IMG/VR virus record: IMGVR_UViG_3300044731_000783 | Coordinates: 1 to 63,770 of that record | From: a virus | Taxonomy: Duplodnaviria > Caudoviricetes | DNA length: 63,770 bases | Strand: one strand, 5' to 3' | In this document: positions 47,701 through 56,545 of the stretch, piece after piece | How positions within the stretch are numbered: the first letter of the stretch is position 1 | Layout of the letters: every line of letters begins with the position of its first letter | The notes under the pieces: model-generated | What the model was told of the DNA's origin: nothing | The model's input: the letters and a program-made list of their open reading frames with translations, nothing else | Database searches by the model: none | Position numbers and translations under genes: made by a program

Positions 47701-50700
47701 CTGTTTTTATTTGATTAACCCCATCAAAATATTTTTGTCTATAATTAAATTCATTTAGTTTCTGTGTATAAGATTCCGTTATTGGATAGGCCAACCATCT
47801 TTGTGAATCTGTTGGGTTATTAAATGTATTTCTAACTCTATCAGCCGCAAATAAAAATGGTTGTGGAGCGTGTAGTAATTTTTTATCTGGAATTCCTTGT
47901 TGGTCATTACCGGTATCTAATGACTCACTACCACTTATTAATCTTTGATAACCTAAACTTGCGGCAACAGCAACACCAGTATCAATATCTTGTTTAAAAA
48001 GACTATAAGATAATGATTTATATTGTTCAAATACGTTTGGTGTTATAGGACAATAATATGGTCCTTCGGATGCTAATAAATTACCATTATTGCTTGGTTG
48101 TTCTAAATTTGGGTGTGTCACATTAAAAGTGGCAATCAAATTCATTGGTGCTAAAAATGATGTTGACGTTGTTGCTGATGTTGGTATTCCTGCTGGTGGA
48201 GTAGCCCCATCAATATTTTGTTCTGAAGCAATTTGATTTGCGGCACCTTCTATTGTACTTGAATCAAAGTCATCTGACATTTCAGCATTTCCACAATCAC
48301 AATCACAAGTAGAACAATCTGGATAAGATAACATTGGTAAACCAAATCTTGGGAAACCCGTAACTTTAATTGCAAATAATATTGACACAGCTAATAATAA
48401 TAATGAAAATCCTAATTTTAATATTGCTGATATTACACTAGCTATTGTTGTTGCAACTAATCTTATTGACTCTAAAAGTGCTCCAATATCAAATACTGGT
48501 CCTGTTGGTGAAATTGTTGTAACAGAAAATCCAGTATTTATTGTTTCATAACCAGATTGTATTGATTCATACACTGCAATTCCAGCATCTATTGATTCTC
48601 TTAATGCTAAATAAATTAATACAAATTTTAAAATTGGCCAAATTAAGGCTATTAAATGGGCGATAAATAAAATTAATAAAAATGGTATTGTTAATATTGT
48701 AATAAACAAATTAAAAATAAAAAATATCCAATCAAAATTTCTAACAATATCATTTACTGGAAAAGTATTTACTGTTGATTTACAAGTTCGATTATCAATT
48801 TCTTTAATACCTAAATGTTTTGCTCTACCAATACCGTTTTTATATCTATCAAGAAACATTGCGGTAGTGTAAACTTTGTTATAATTAAATTCATAAAAAG
48901 TATCTTCACAATTAATTGCTGATTGTTCATCAACATAATCATCCCAATCAAGACTAAAGCTATATGACCTTAATAAGTCAAAATAGTCCTGTTGATAGTA
49001 TTTATATATAACTTCTGATTGTTGATTTGGGTCAACAAAATTTGGTATTATTTCAACTTGATCACCAGAATTTATAGGTATAACTTGTGTATCACCATAA
49101 TATGGTAATGAATTTATATTTACAGAATAAGAACTTATATTTATTGCCTCATCAAAAACTAAACCACCACCAGATGGGAATGTAATTGTAGTACTTATTG
49201 GACCACCCGGTATAGAAAAAAGTGTGTTTGGTGCACCATTAATACCAGTATAAAAAATTGATGAGGGTAATGTTGGGTCTGTTGGTACTATTGTTACAAT
49301 AATATAATTGTTCGCACTTAAACCTGTAATACCATTTAAAGGGTTTCCTAAATATGGTTGTGGTAGTAGTGGAAATAAAGTTGGTGAAATTGCAACTTGG
49401 AATGAATTTACGTTTGTTAATACTGGGTTTACTAAATCACCATTTGATGGTATTATAAAATCATCAGTTAATACTAATGGTTGTACTGTAAAATTTACCA
49501 ATGGTACTGGTGTTGTTGCAGTTTTTAATGGGTCGTTAGTATAACTCGATGAGTTCCACCCATGTTCTTTTACGTTTGGGACAAAAAAGTTTGCTCTCTG
49601 TATCTCATTTTGTAAACCACCCTCATTATTCCATTTGAATTTGAAGCGGTATTTTGCTTTTGTTGGGATACCAATTTTTGGGTCGTCTGAAATTGCCTGT
49701 TCACCAAATTCATTAGTGTAAATATAGTCCAAATTCATCGGTAAATTAACCAAGTATGAACCATCACCATCAATTACCTTACCATCTTGTTCTAGTCTAT
49801 ATTCCTCTAGTGTTGGTCTACCTAAATCATCAATATTTATTGTTTGTCTAATAGACAATATTTGTCCAGGACCCGCAACTAATTCACATAAATTTCCAGT
49901 ATTATTTTTTGGTTTACAACTAACTCTAATTGCATCATCATCATTTGTTGAAATTACTGAACCCATAAAAACAGCTTTCGGTTCTATACTAATGTTAGCT
50001 TCGCTTGTTAAATCAAAATCAACCCTAGTAATTCCCAATTGACAAATTTCCGGTTCACCCCATAATGGTGCAATATCAATAATTTTATTTAATGTTTTAA
50101 TTTGTGGTAATTCGTTTAGATTAGTCGATGATTTAAATTTTGAACCATTAACTTGTGTTTCATTGGCAACGCCAGCTTGGATTAAGTCTTGTGGTGTTAA
50201 TGAAAAACAACCCATATCAGATAAATCAATATCTAAAAATATTGTTTGGGTTCCAAGTGGAACACCAAAAATCATATAATCACCACTATCATTTGTTCTT
50301 GTTGTATATTTATAATACTTGTCATATACCTCAATATAACTTTGGTCTAATAAAACTTCTTTTCTTGTCGGGAATGTACCGGTAGCAATGTGACCATCAT
50401 ATGATTGTTCTTTTGGTAATAAATTATATCTATAACCTTCCTCATCAACATCAGCAATTGATGTGTAAGGATATATGTCTGTAATTACTGGATTTGTTGA
50501 GTCTTCATCTGACAATGGTATAAAAACAGAAATTCTCGCATTTGGTAATCCAAAACCACCATTTACAAATACTCTACCTACAACAACGCCATAGTCGGAA
50601 CATCGTCTATTATAAACATCACTTTGTAAAATTTTTAGTGATAATATGTTGATACTTTCAAAATCTTGTTCAAGATTAACTTTAATTGATTTATCAACAC

Positions 50701-50734
50701 CGACCTGGGTTCTTATTCTATGTGATTTTGGCAT
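44789..50734 (-). CDS. Large (1981 aa) putative tail/baseplate protein with internal hydrophobic helices
   Basis: N-terminal prealbumin/carboxypeptidase-regulatory-like motif (GRV...PNARIS...TNDSGDY...VPLG); two long hydrophobic segments. Confidence 0.65.
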   Translation of the reverse strand: MPKSHRIRTQVGVDKSIKVNLEQDFESINILSLKILQSDVYNRRCSDYGVVVGRVFVNGGFGLPNARISVFIPLSDEDSTNPVITDIYPYTSIADVDEEGYRYNLLPKEQSYDGHIATGTFPTRKEVLLDQSYIEVYDKYYKYTTRTNDSGDYMIFGVPLGTQTIFLDIDLSDMGCFSLTPQDLIQAGVANETQVNGSKFKSSTNLNELPQIKTLNKIIDIAPLWGEPEICQLGITRVDFDLTSEANISIEPKAVFMGSVISTNDDDAIRVSCKPKNNTGNLCELVAGPGQILSIRQTINIDDLGRPTLEEYRLEQDGKVIDGDGSYLVNLPMNLDYIYTNEFGEQAISDDPKIGIPTKAKYRFKFKWNNEGGLQNEIQRANFFVPNVKEHGWNSSSYTNDPLKTATTPVPLVNFTVQPLVLTDDFIIPSNGDLVNPVLTNVNSFQVAISPTLFPLLPQPYLGNPLNGITGLSANNYIIVTIVPTDPTLPSSIFYTGINGAPNTLFSIPGGPISTTITFPSGGGLVFDEAINISSYSVNINSLPYYGDTQVIPINSGDQVEIIPNFVDPNQQSEVIYKYYQQDYFDLLRSYSFSLDWDDYVDEQSAINCEDTFYEFNYNKVYTTAMFLDRYKNGIGRAKHLGIKEIDNRTCKSTVNTFPVNDIVRNFDWIFFIFNLFITILTIPFLLILFIAHLIALIWPILKFVLIYLALRESIDAGIAVYESIQSGYETINTGFSVTTISPTGPVFDIGALLESIRLVATTIASVISAILKLGFSLLLLAVSILFAIKVTGFPRFGLPMLSYPDCSTCDCDCGNAEMSDDFDSSTIEGAANQIASEQNIDGATPPAGIPTSATTSTSFLAPMNLIATFNVTHPNLEQPSNNGNLLASEGPYYCPITPNVFEQYKSLSYSLFKQDIDTGVAVAASLGYQRLISGSESLDTGNDQQGIPDKKLLHAPQPFLFAADRVRNTFNNPTDSQRWLAYPITESYTQKLNEFNYRQKYFDGVNQIKTVFNTPSNFGSLGHLDQPLVVLAKPGTLAQIGVGNLFSFQDSSLSLCNQNLTGATFYNSITANTVNQFGNNALTGTTSASTVIQVVYADPTNNNTNATPTSYLLTGNTGNETYLKFVTDIEYFQVITGFTYSQFILNSNYSPSTNNYFPKKYLNHDARFIFENSCDPYNNTNYLYGQIPDVITKSNDYSGYEILILTRGVDPHSGKYKNKYDLSKLFGQTSFGSVIVEGDYYLNVPIQGYSGGNKPKSHNTPTNISQDLYFPAYNFKISPSYVDQNGITRNEYTAFTSNLPYYYLCTDDNSVSTVNTYVPWPSFPTVSTLSSGTYYSVNGASQRNKLLPIISPSPSIVDSTTNYYFAGGSFTASNTDSTPYDFYDLWGNQNDTNLYIEPGSSLRKYVVYSTAYHKHSLTPINYPDPNLLPTQYLVMRSDRIPTSTKTQENYGQTSYGLHQNDNFTYYTEGTTNNPTITFAPDQNAGQTVYDETQFVQSLTSTLNCDQMVSLQCYTGSGTNIGVNPNCDVKPDRIKQGCYCLLNYVENPDPLTGLFFKKIYLIPEYQKDSRLLLEWITRFRLTFAACRGVFSQTFQNNWINGVLYMFSFNKSTTFTLQQPDEPIYNYCEDTVIFNEITKGFYYRSSPWDGNNFIGVDSPPINTSLPPYLVNVYPGYGYNEQRIQFPTTVMDLGPRDKFISQICNSDQFNGYIVDQVRATSYSDNSDLIQMGFISRLLNASVRDQMLPFAVNATGGAAEGRSIIQFFNSTRKGDRIDGDFAQALSINSEWRINPYIEENYPNNFLFIGEDSTSEQRPVFGVFFSSSTEEYQYRRRLTPGIETYPSSCGLDVVSYFGYSSDQEVPHYKWQITGPTPNIFGTENNNWLTTADQNQTSNGFYSNYYQNLDFEDTNEYYLTNTANFGFITNFDNNNQPLTGTTGVVTGIPNGKAILVGAPFFFYFGLNNGKTAIDKFIKLYVDTAKQ

Positions 50735-50817
50735 TAAAAATTCCTTTTTTCATAAATAGTTTATTTCCTATTTTAGAAAAATAATCTTAATTATAAAAAA
50801 GTAAAAATAAAAAATTT

Positions 50818-51210
50818 TTAACACATAACAGACATAACTTTATAGTCTTGTTTGTATTGATTCACATAACAATTATACGTTGCTTTAATTCTATCAGCAT
50901 CAGTTGATGTAGTGTTATTTGTTTTAAGTTCACATAATGAACTAACACATGACAGAATATTTTCCCTATTTGGTTCACCTCTCATTGTTTTAGAACAATA
51001 TCCATTAGGGTCAACACTTTTTAATTCTTTATTTGTAAGACCAACACTGTATTCACCCCAAGCGGTACTAAATTTTTCACCAACAGTTAAACATAAACCA
51101 TATTGATTTTTTTTAGCAAAAGCCTCTTGACTTGTTTGAGTAGTTTCTTTAAGAATTTTTTTAACAATTCTTTTTAAATCAGATTCAGTAAGTTTTATAA
51201 CTTTTTTCAT
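50818..51210 (-). CDS. Small Cys-containing protein with MKKVIKLTESDL leader
   Basis: MKKVIKLTESDLKRIVKKILKE; TATTTAT at 51223-51229. Confidence 0.75.
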   Translation of the reverse strand: MKKVIKLTESDLKRIVKKILKETTQTSQEAFAKKNQYGLCLTVGEKFSTAWGEYSVGLTNKELKSVDPNGYCSKTMRGEPNRENILSCVSSLCELKTNNTTSTDADRIKATYNCYVNQYKQDYKVMSVMC

Positions 51211-51237
51211 AATTTTTTAATTATAAATACTTTTTAA

Positions 51238-53076
51238 TTAAGAAAAATTAACACCCTTAAAGTTTAGAACTCTTACATTAATATCTTTGTTTGGATATCT
51301 AACTTGGTATGTTTGAGTTGGTTCAGCAAAAATTGTGTCAGCAATTAATTCAATCTGTTTTGTTTCCGCATCAACATATCTTTGTGATGTTTGTGATGAT
51401 GAATATTGTCCACCAACTTTGTTAAAGACCTGGATATCGGAAATACTAATTACACCATCTAAAGCCTGGATTTGTTTTCTAATCTCAGAGATATAAACAT
51501 TTTCACCCATTTGTCTATTTGATGGTGAAAAATATTTTGTAACAATATCAACAACCTGTGTTACTAGTGCTCCTTGATTTTGGCTAGCATCTAAAACAAC
51601 ATCAACATTTAACCCTAAATCAATTACATTTGCACTTTCAACCGAAATATAGTCATTTATCATTCTGTAATTTGACAAATAATTTGCAATATTTTGTTTT
51701 AATGTGTTTGATGTTATTTCAGTTAATTTACCTTCATTATCATATGAAAGTAATTTAATCTTAATTTTATTATTTTCTTCTGTAATTGTAACTTTTGCTG
51801 GAGCACCAAATTGTGATGGCATTGTTCTAATGATTGACTCATAATCATTTACTGTTACGGCTCTATTTTGGGCGGCAAAGTTAAATGTAACCATTTGTCT
51901 TACCTCTTCAGTTGATGGGTTATTTGCACCACCAATTGCCGCAGTTAGATTATTACATCTTAAAGAATTAATTACCGTTCTATTAACACTATCAGATGGT
52001 CCGTTTACTGCAAACGATACGGTACCAATTTGATTGATAACACCAATACCTAAATTACTTGTTTGTCCGCCACCAACTCTGTATTGTACAAACATTGTTG
52101 TGTTAGGTTTTAATGCACTTCCAAGTGCTAAGTTATTTGAATATTTTGATAAATTAAATCCTAAACCATCTCTTGTAAATTCTCTTAATTGTTCTTCGGC
52201 TGATGTGTTACCACCACCAAATGTCATTTTAAAGAATCCTTCTGGTGTATATTCTGTTATAAATTTATCACTTGTTAATATATATTTTCCAACCTTAATG
52301 CCGGGATTATCAGAAACTTTTGTTGGGTCTTCAACAAATACCCTATCTTCAATTAATGCTTTTACTTCATACCAACGATTATTTAAACCTAAAAATTCTT
52401 GTGGTTGTGGGACTGTGGTATATTGTGTACCTTCTTTTATTAAGACACTAGTAACACCTAGTACATTTTTTTCTGGTAAAAATAATTCAAAAAATGGTTT
52501 TACATCATTTGCTGTTATTACTCTTTTGAAAACCTTTGTTGATCCATTAACAACAACCTCTCTTTTTGTTATTGTATAGTTTATTAATTTACCGGTTGAA
52601 TCAAAATTTGGTGTTTTTAATCTATTTGGGAATCCTTCAGCGTTTATTGCTGATGAAAAATCAATATCATAAACAGTTTCAAATGGTTGTCCTCCACCAT
52701 TAACTTGTGCTCCTCTACGAAGTATACCACAATATCTTAAATCTTCTTTATCACCAAAAGCCGGAACTGTAATTGAGAAATCAACTAAAGCAACTGATGG
52801 TCTTTGTCCTGGTATTTTTAAACCGTACGTTCTTGCTATATCATATACCGATGACTTTTGTTGTGCATATTGTAAAACAGTCTCTTGGATACTTCTATCT
52901 ATATGAAAATGTAGGTTGTCACTAACTGCAGCATTTAAATCCATTAAAACAGAGAAAATACCTGCATCGTTAAAGTTTTGTACTAGTGTTGGGTAATATT
53001 GCCTTGTAAAATTTATTAATTCAGTTCTTAACCCCTGAAAATCCCTTACCGTATACGATATTTTTTTATCTGCCAT
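51238..53076 (-). CDS. Baseplate wedge subunit (T4 gp6/P2 gpJ-like)
   Basis: RDFQGLRTEL, YRVGGG, AAIGG, AQNRAVTVNDY. Confidence 0.88.
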   Translation of the reverse strand: MADKKISYTVRDFQGLRTELINFTRQYYPTLVQNFNDAGIFSVLMDLNAAVSDNLHFHIDRSIQETVLQYAQQKSSVYDIARTYGLKIPGQRPSVALVDFSITVPAFGDKEDLRYCGILRRGAQVNGGGQPFETVYDIDFSSAINAEGFPNRLKTPNFDSTGKLINYTITKREVVVNGSTKVFKRVITANDVKPFFELFLPEKNVLGVTSVLIKEGTQYTTVPQPQEFLGLNNRWYEVKALIEDRVFVEDPTKVSDNPGIKVGKYILTSDKFITEYTPEGFFKMTFGGGNTSAEEQLREFTRDGLGFNLSKYSNNLALGSALKPNTTMFVQYRVGGGQTSNLGIGVINQIGTVSFAVNGPSDSVNRTVINSLRCNNLTAAIGGANNPSTEEVRQMVTFNFAAQNRAVTVNDYESIIRTMPSQFGAPAKVTITEENNKIKIKLLSYDNEGKLTEITSNTLKQNIANYLSNYRMINDYISVESANVIDLGLNVDVVLDASQNQGALVTQVVDIVTKYFSPSNRQMGENVYISEIRKQIQALDGVISISDIQVFNKVGGQYSSSQTSQRYVDAETKQIELIADTIFAEPTQTYQVRYPNKDINVRVLNFKGVNFS

Positions 53077-53088
53077 CTTTAAAATTTA

Positions 53089-53550
53089 TTATATATTTAA
53101 TATTACAAAATCACTAGATTCAAAAGCAGAATTTGTAATTCTATAATCAATTCTAACTTTTGCGGTATGTTCTTTTTCAGCTAAACCCGGAACTCTATAC
53201 TCTCTAGTACCATCTGGTGTTATATATGTCGCACCAGGATCTGTATAACTCAAACTAGCGTCTTTAATTTCTATATTAGTGATTAAAATTCCGGGTAAGT
53301 AATTTGCAACACTGTCTCTAATTTCGGATTCAATCTCACTAAAAGTTGGTCCATCAAGTGGTTCAAATAAATACTCGTATAATCTTGTGCCAAAATCTGG
53401 TAAAAAATATCTACTACCTTTTCTTGTTAATAATAAATGAACTAAACTACTTTTTACTTCCTCATTACTACTATTTGTGGTAAACAAATATCTACCATCA
53501 TTAGAATCGTAAAATGGGAAATTTATACCATATGTAAATCCGTTTGCCAT
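53089..53550 (-). CDS. Baseplate protein gp25/gpW-like
   Basis: LLLTRKGSRYFLPDFGTRLYEYLFEP. Confidence 0.9.
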   Translation of the reverse strand: MANGFTYGINFPFYDSNDGRYLFTTNSSNEEVKSSLVHLLLTRKGSRYFLPDFGTRLYEYLFEPLDGPTFSEIESEIRDSVANYLPGILITNIEIKDASLSYTDPGATYITPDGTREYRVPGLAEKEHTAKVRIDYRITNSAFESSDFVILNI

Positions 53551-53589
53551 ATCAAATAAATATAGTAACTACGAGTTTTGAATAAAGAC

Positions 53590-54315
53590 TTACATTAAGT
53601 TACTATATTTTTCGTAAAAAATTTTTGGCATTTCTAAATGATTATAAGTTTTTGACGGTATTCTCAATGAAACTTTATTTTGCTCCATAGTTTTTATGTT
53701 TTTTTGATAACTAGGTATGCCACTCCAGTTTTCCCATCTAGAAATCATTTTTGTATTTGATGGTAATTTATTATAAGCTTTTGGTGTTGATGGATCAATT
53801 AAACCAATAAAATCGTAATCACCATTAAGTTGTGACCAAGTATTTATACCACCCCTAGAGAATCCACTAACCGATTTTATTCTAAAATTTTTAATACCAT
53901 TGTTTTTTAAAACATTTTTTAATGTTTCTAATGAATTTTCATAATTACTATATATCACATTTTTATTTCCAAAATAACCTTTAGCCTGATTTTTCATAAA
54001 CTTTGCACCATATTGTGTGCTTGGCATACCACCCCAAATTAAAGTAAAATCTTTTGACTTTGGGTTTTTTATGTCAACAATATATGAATTACTTTTTATT
54101 GTTGGTTGTGTTACTTTTTCATTTTCTGTTTTTTTGTTTTGGTTTGTATTACTTTCAGTCTCTTTTGATTTTATTACTTTATTAATTTTATCTTCAATTT
54201 TATCAACATTAATTTCTTTATTTTTTAATTTGTCTTTATTAACACCTAAAATTTTAGCAATTAGTGATAGAATAAAATCTTTTAATTCTGATTCGGTTAG
54301 TAAAACTTTTTTCAT
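53590..54315 (-). CDS. Alpha/beta-hydrolase-like protein with MKKVLLTESEL leader
   Basis: GFSRGG nucleophile elbow, GLIDP, C-terminal His (YNHLEMP). Confidence 0.55.
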   Translation of the reverse strand: MKKVLLTESELKDFILSLIAKILGVNKDKLKNKEINVDKIEDKINKVIKSKETESNTNQNKKTENEKVTQPTIKSNSYIVDIKNPKSKDFTLIWGGMPSTQYGAKFMKNQAKGYFGNKNVIYSNYENSLETLKNVLKNNGIKNFRIKSVSGFSRGGINTWSQLNGDYDFIGLIDPSTPKAYNKLPSNTKMISRWENWSGIPSYQKNIKTMEQNKVSLRIPSKTYNHLEMPKIFYEKYSNLM

Positions 54316-54348
54316 ATATGATAAATATGAATAGATAAAAAAAAATCC

Positions 54349-54576
54349 CTACTTTCGTAAGGATTCTTTTAAGTTTGTACTACCCTTTTCATATAAGGGT
54401 TCATATGGACAATGTTTACATTTTGATCCACAACACTTACCCCTCTTTATATGATAAGATTCAGACATTACAATATTTCCAAATTTATCTTTATAAAAAT
54501 CTGGTTCCGGAGTTTTTTTTGTCGTCTCCTGAACATATAGTTGTTGTATCCAATCTTTTGATGCGTTTACCGTCAT
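54349..54576 (-). CDS. DUF5522-like Cys/His protein
   Basis: DFY...YHIKRGKCCGSKCKHCPY. Confidence 0.75.
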   Translation of the reverse strand: MTVNASKDWIQQLYVQETTKKTPEPDFYKDKFGNIVMSESYHIKRGKCCGSKCKHCPYEPLYEKGSTNLKESLRK

Positions 54577-54602
54577 TTTAATTTTGTTTTCTTTGGTTAT
54601 AA

Positions 54603-54632
54603 AACGCTAACAATACTTGATATGTTAGCGTT
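54603..54632 (-). terminator. Hairpin downstream of RNR, probable terminator
   Basis: AACGCTAACA-N10-TGTTAGCGTT perfect 10-bp stem; T-run on the minus strand. Confidence 0.6.
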
Positions 54633-54660
54633 ATGTCATTACCCCAGGTTACTTTCATAA

Positions 54661-56520
54661 TTAAACAATTTCACACGCACCACCAGCACAAGCTGCTTCA
54701 CCACGAAGATCGGTGTTATCTTGTAACTCAATTACTTTTGTAAGATCAACATTTTTTAATGTTGTTGATAGTCTTTCAAAATCTTCTTTTGTACAATCTT
54801 CAAAAGGTGCTTGTGTGTAAGTTCCTCCGTTGTATGGTAAAACTGATAATCCATTATAGAATTTTCTATTTTTCCACATCCAATCACCAACTAAATCCCA
54901 CTCGTCTTCTTTAATCGAAACTGTTGCTGATACGTTGTGAGTATTTTGTCCAGTTCTATGTCCAGGTTTAATCCATTCTTGTGATACTTTTTTCACTCTC
55001 TCGAGCATTTGGAATACTGACTCGTATCTCAAAATTGATCCTTCTGGTGCTCTTTGTGGAATTGTAATTACCGCAGTGTCGTGTGGTCTAAAATATTCAT
55101 CTTCAACAAGTTCCGGGTGGTTGATTGCAAGATATGTATAAATTGCTTCATTCTTCCCAACACGGATTCTTCTTAAATAATAATCATTATGCCAAGCGTG
55201 AATTCCAGATGATGTTCCCAGTACTAATGATGAGGTACCAGATGGTTTAACAGTTGTCGTTCTTGCTGACTTGTTAATACCAATAAGTCCGGCAACTCTT
55301 TCATTTTCTTCTTTAACCGCTTGAGCTGCTGCTTTCATATCATAACCTAAAACAACACCTGATCCAATTCCTGTCATTCCAACACCGATAAGTGCATCTT
55401 TCTCTGTTGTTCTTTTCCAAACATCTCTCAAATAATGGAAGTCAGTGTAACCAGCTTGTAGTGTTCCAATAAAGGCCGCACCTTTCACTCTATTTTCAAA
55501 ATCCTCTTGAGATTCTAAATCTGAAGCGTTAACTTCGCACAAGTTACAGAATTGGTAAGGACGAAGTGCAATCTCACAACAAGGGTTTGTTCCCCAATCT
55601 TTATCGTTTGATAAATAGATTCCAGGTTCTCCAGCTCCAGACAATTCAATTCGTTTCCAAAGATCCATAAAATATTCTTGTGTTACTTTATGTCTTAAAA
55701 GAACTGCTGAATTGTTTGCTCTACCTCTTTGTGGATTTGATTCCCACCAGTTTCCGGACTTACAAGAAATCATTTCTTCATCGTCAGCACTAAATAATGA
55801 AATTAAAGCCGCTCTACGAATTCCACCGGCAAGTACAGCGTCAGCGATATGACATACGATGTCGTGTGTTTCAATAGGTGTTAATTTATCGCCATCATTT
55901 TTGTTTTCCATAACCTTTGTGATGTTGTGAATACAATCTTTTAAAGGTTGTGGTCCTGGTGCTTTTCCTCCAGATGTAACAAGAAGAGCTCCTTTTTGAC
56001 GAATGTCTGAAAAATCAAATATAGGTGTTGAAGATTTAGTTCCCATATACGATTCGATTAATACTTTAATTGCATCAGCCCATCCCTCAATAGAATCACC
56101 AATTAGGTATCTTCTTGTTCTTGTTGGGTTTGGTTTTTTAATTTCTGGTAATTTATCAACGTGATGTTTTTGTACTGAAAACCCAACGCCGGTTCCACCT
56201 AACAATAAAAACATTGTTTCTGAAAATGCGTCTGTGTGGTCTACCGGTAAGTAAGCACAGTTATAAACTCTGTTTGGTGAGATTTCAATTGGTTTACCAC
56301 CGAATTGTAATGATCTCATTGATGGTAAGATTTTCTTATCATATACCATTTTGTAGACGTTTTCAATCTCGTCTTTAATTTGTGGGTATTTTTTTTGGTG
56401 CATTTCTTTATTTCTTGTCACCAATTCTTCCCACGTCTCCCTTCTATTTAATTCAGGGACGAATTTAGCGTATTTCATATATACTGTAATATCGCTTAAT
56501 ATTTTTTGTGAAATATCCAT
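54661..56520 (-). CDS. nrdJ: Class II (adenosylcobalamin-dependent) ribonucleotide reductase
   Basis: LPSMRSLQFGG, YNC, TNPCCE, CNL, TVKPSGT, C-terminal CAGGAC. Confidence 0.93.
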   Translation of the reverse strand: MDISQKILSDITVYMKYAKFVPELNRRETWEELVTRNKEMHQKKYPQIKDEIENVYKMVYDKKILPSMRSLQFGGKPIEISPNRVYNCAYLPVDHTDAFSETMFLLLGGTGVGFSVQKHHVDKLPEIKKPNPTRTRRYLIGDSIEGWADAIKVLIESYMGTKSSTPIFDFSDIRQKGALLVTSGGKAPGPQPLKDCIHNITKVMENKNDGDKLTPIETHDIVCHIADAVLAGGIRRAALISLFSADDEEMISCKSGNWWESNPQRGRANNSAVLLRHKVTQEYFMDLWKRIELSGAGEPGIYLSNDKDWGTNPCCEIALRPYQFCNLCEVNASDLESQEDFENRVKGAAFIGTLQAGYTDFHYLRDVWKRTTEKDALIGVGMTGIGSGVVLGYDMKAAAQAVKEENERVAGLIGINKSARTTTVKPSGTSSLVLGTSSGIHAWHNDYYLRRIRVGKNEAIYTYLAINHPELVEDEYFRPHDTAVITIPQRAPEGSILRYESVFQMLERVKKVSQEWIKPGHRTGQNTHNVSATVSIKEDEWDLVGDWMWKNRKFYNGLSVLPYNGGTYTQAPFEDCTKEDFERLSTTLKNVDLTKVIELQDNTDLRGEAACAGGACEIV

Positions 56521-56545
56521 ATTTACAAATTTAATTATTTTATTT

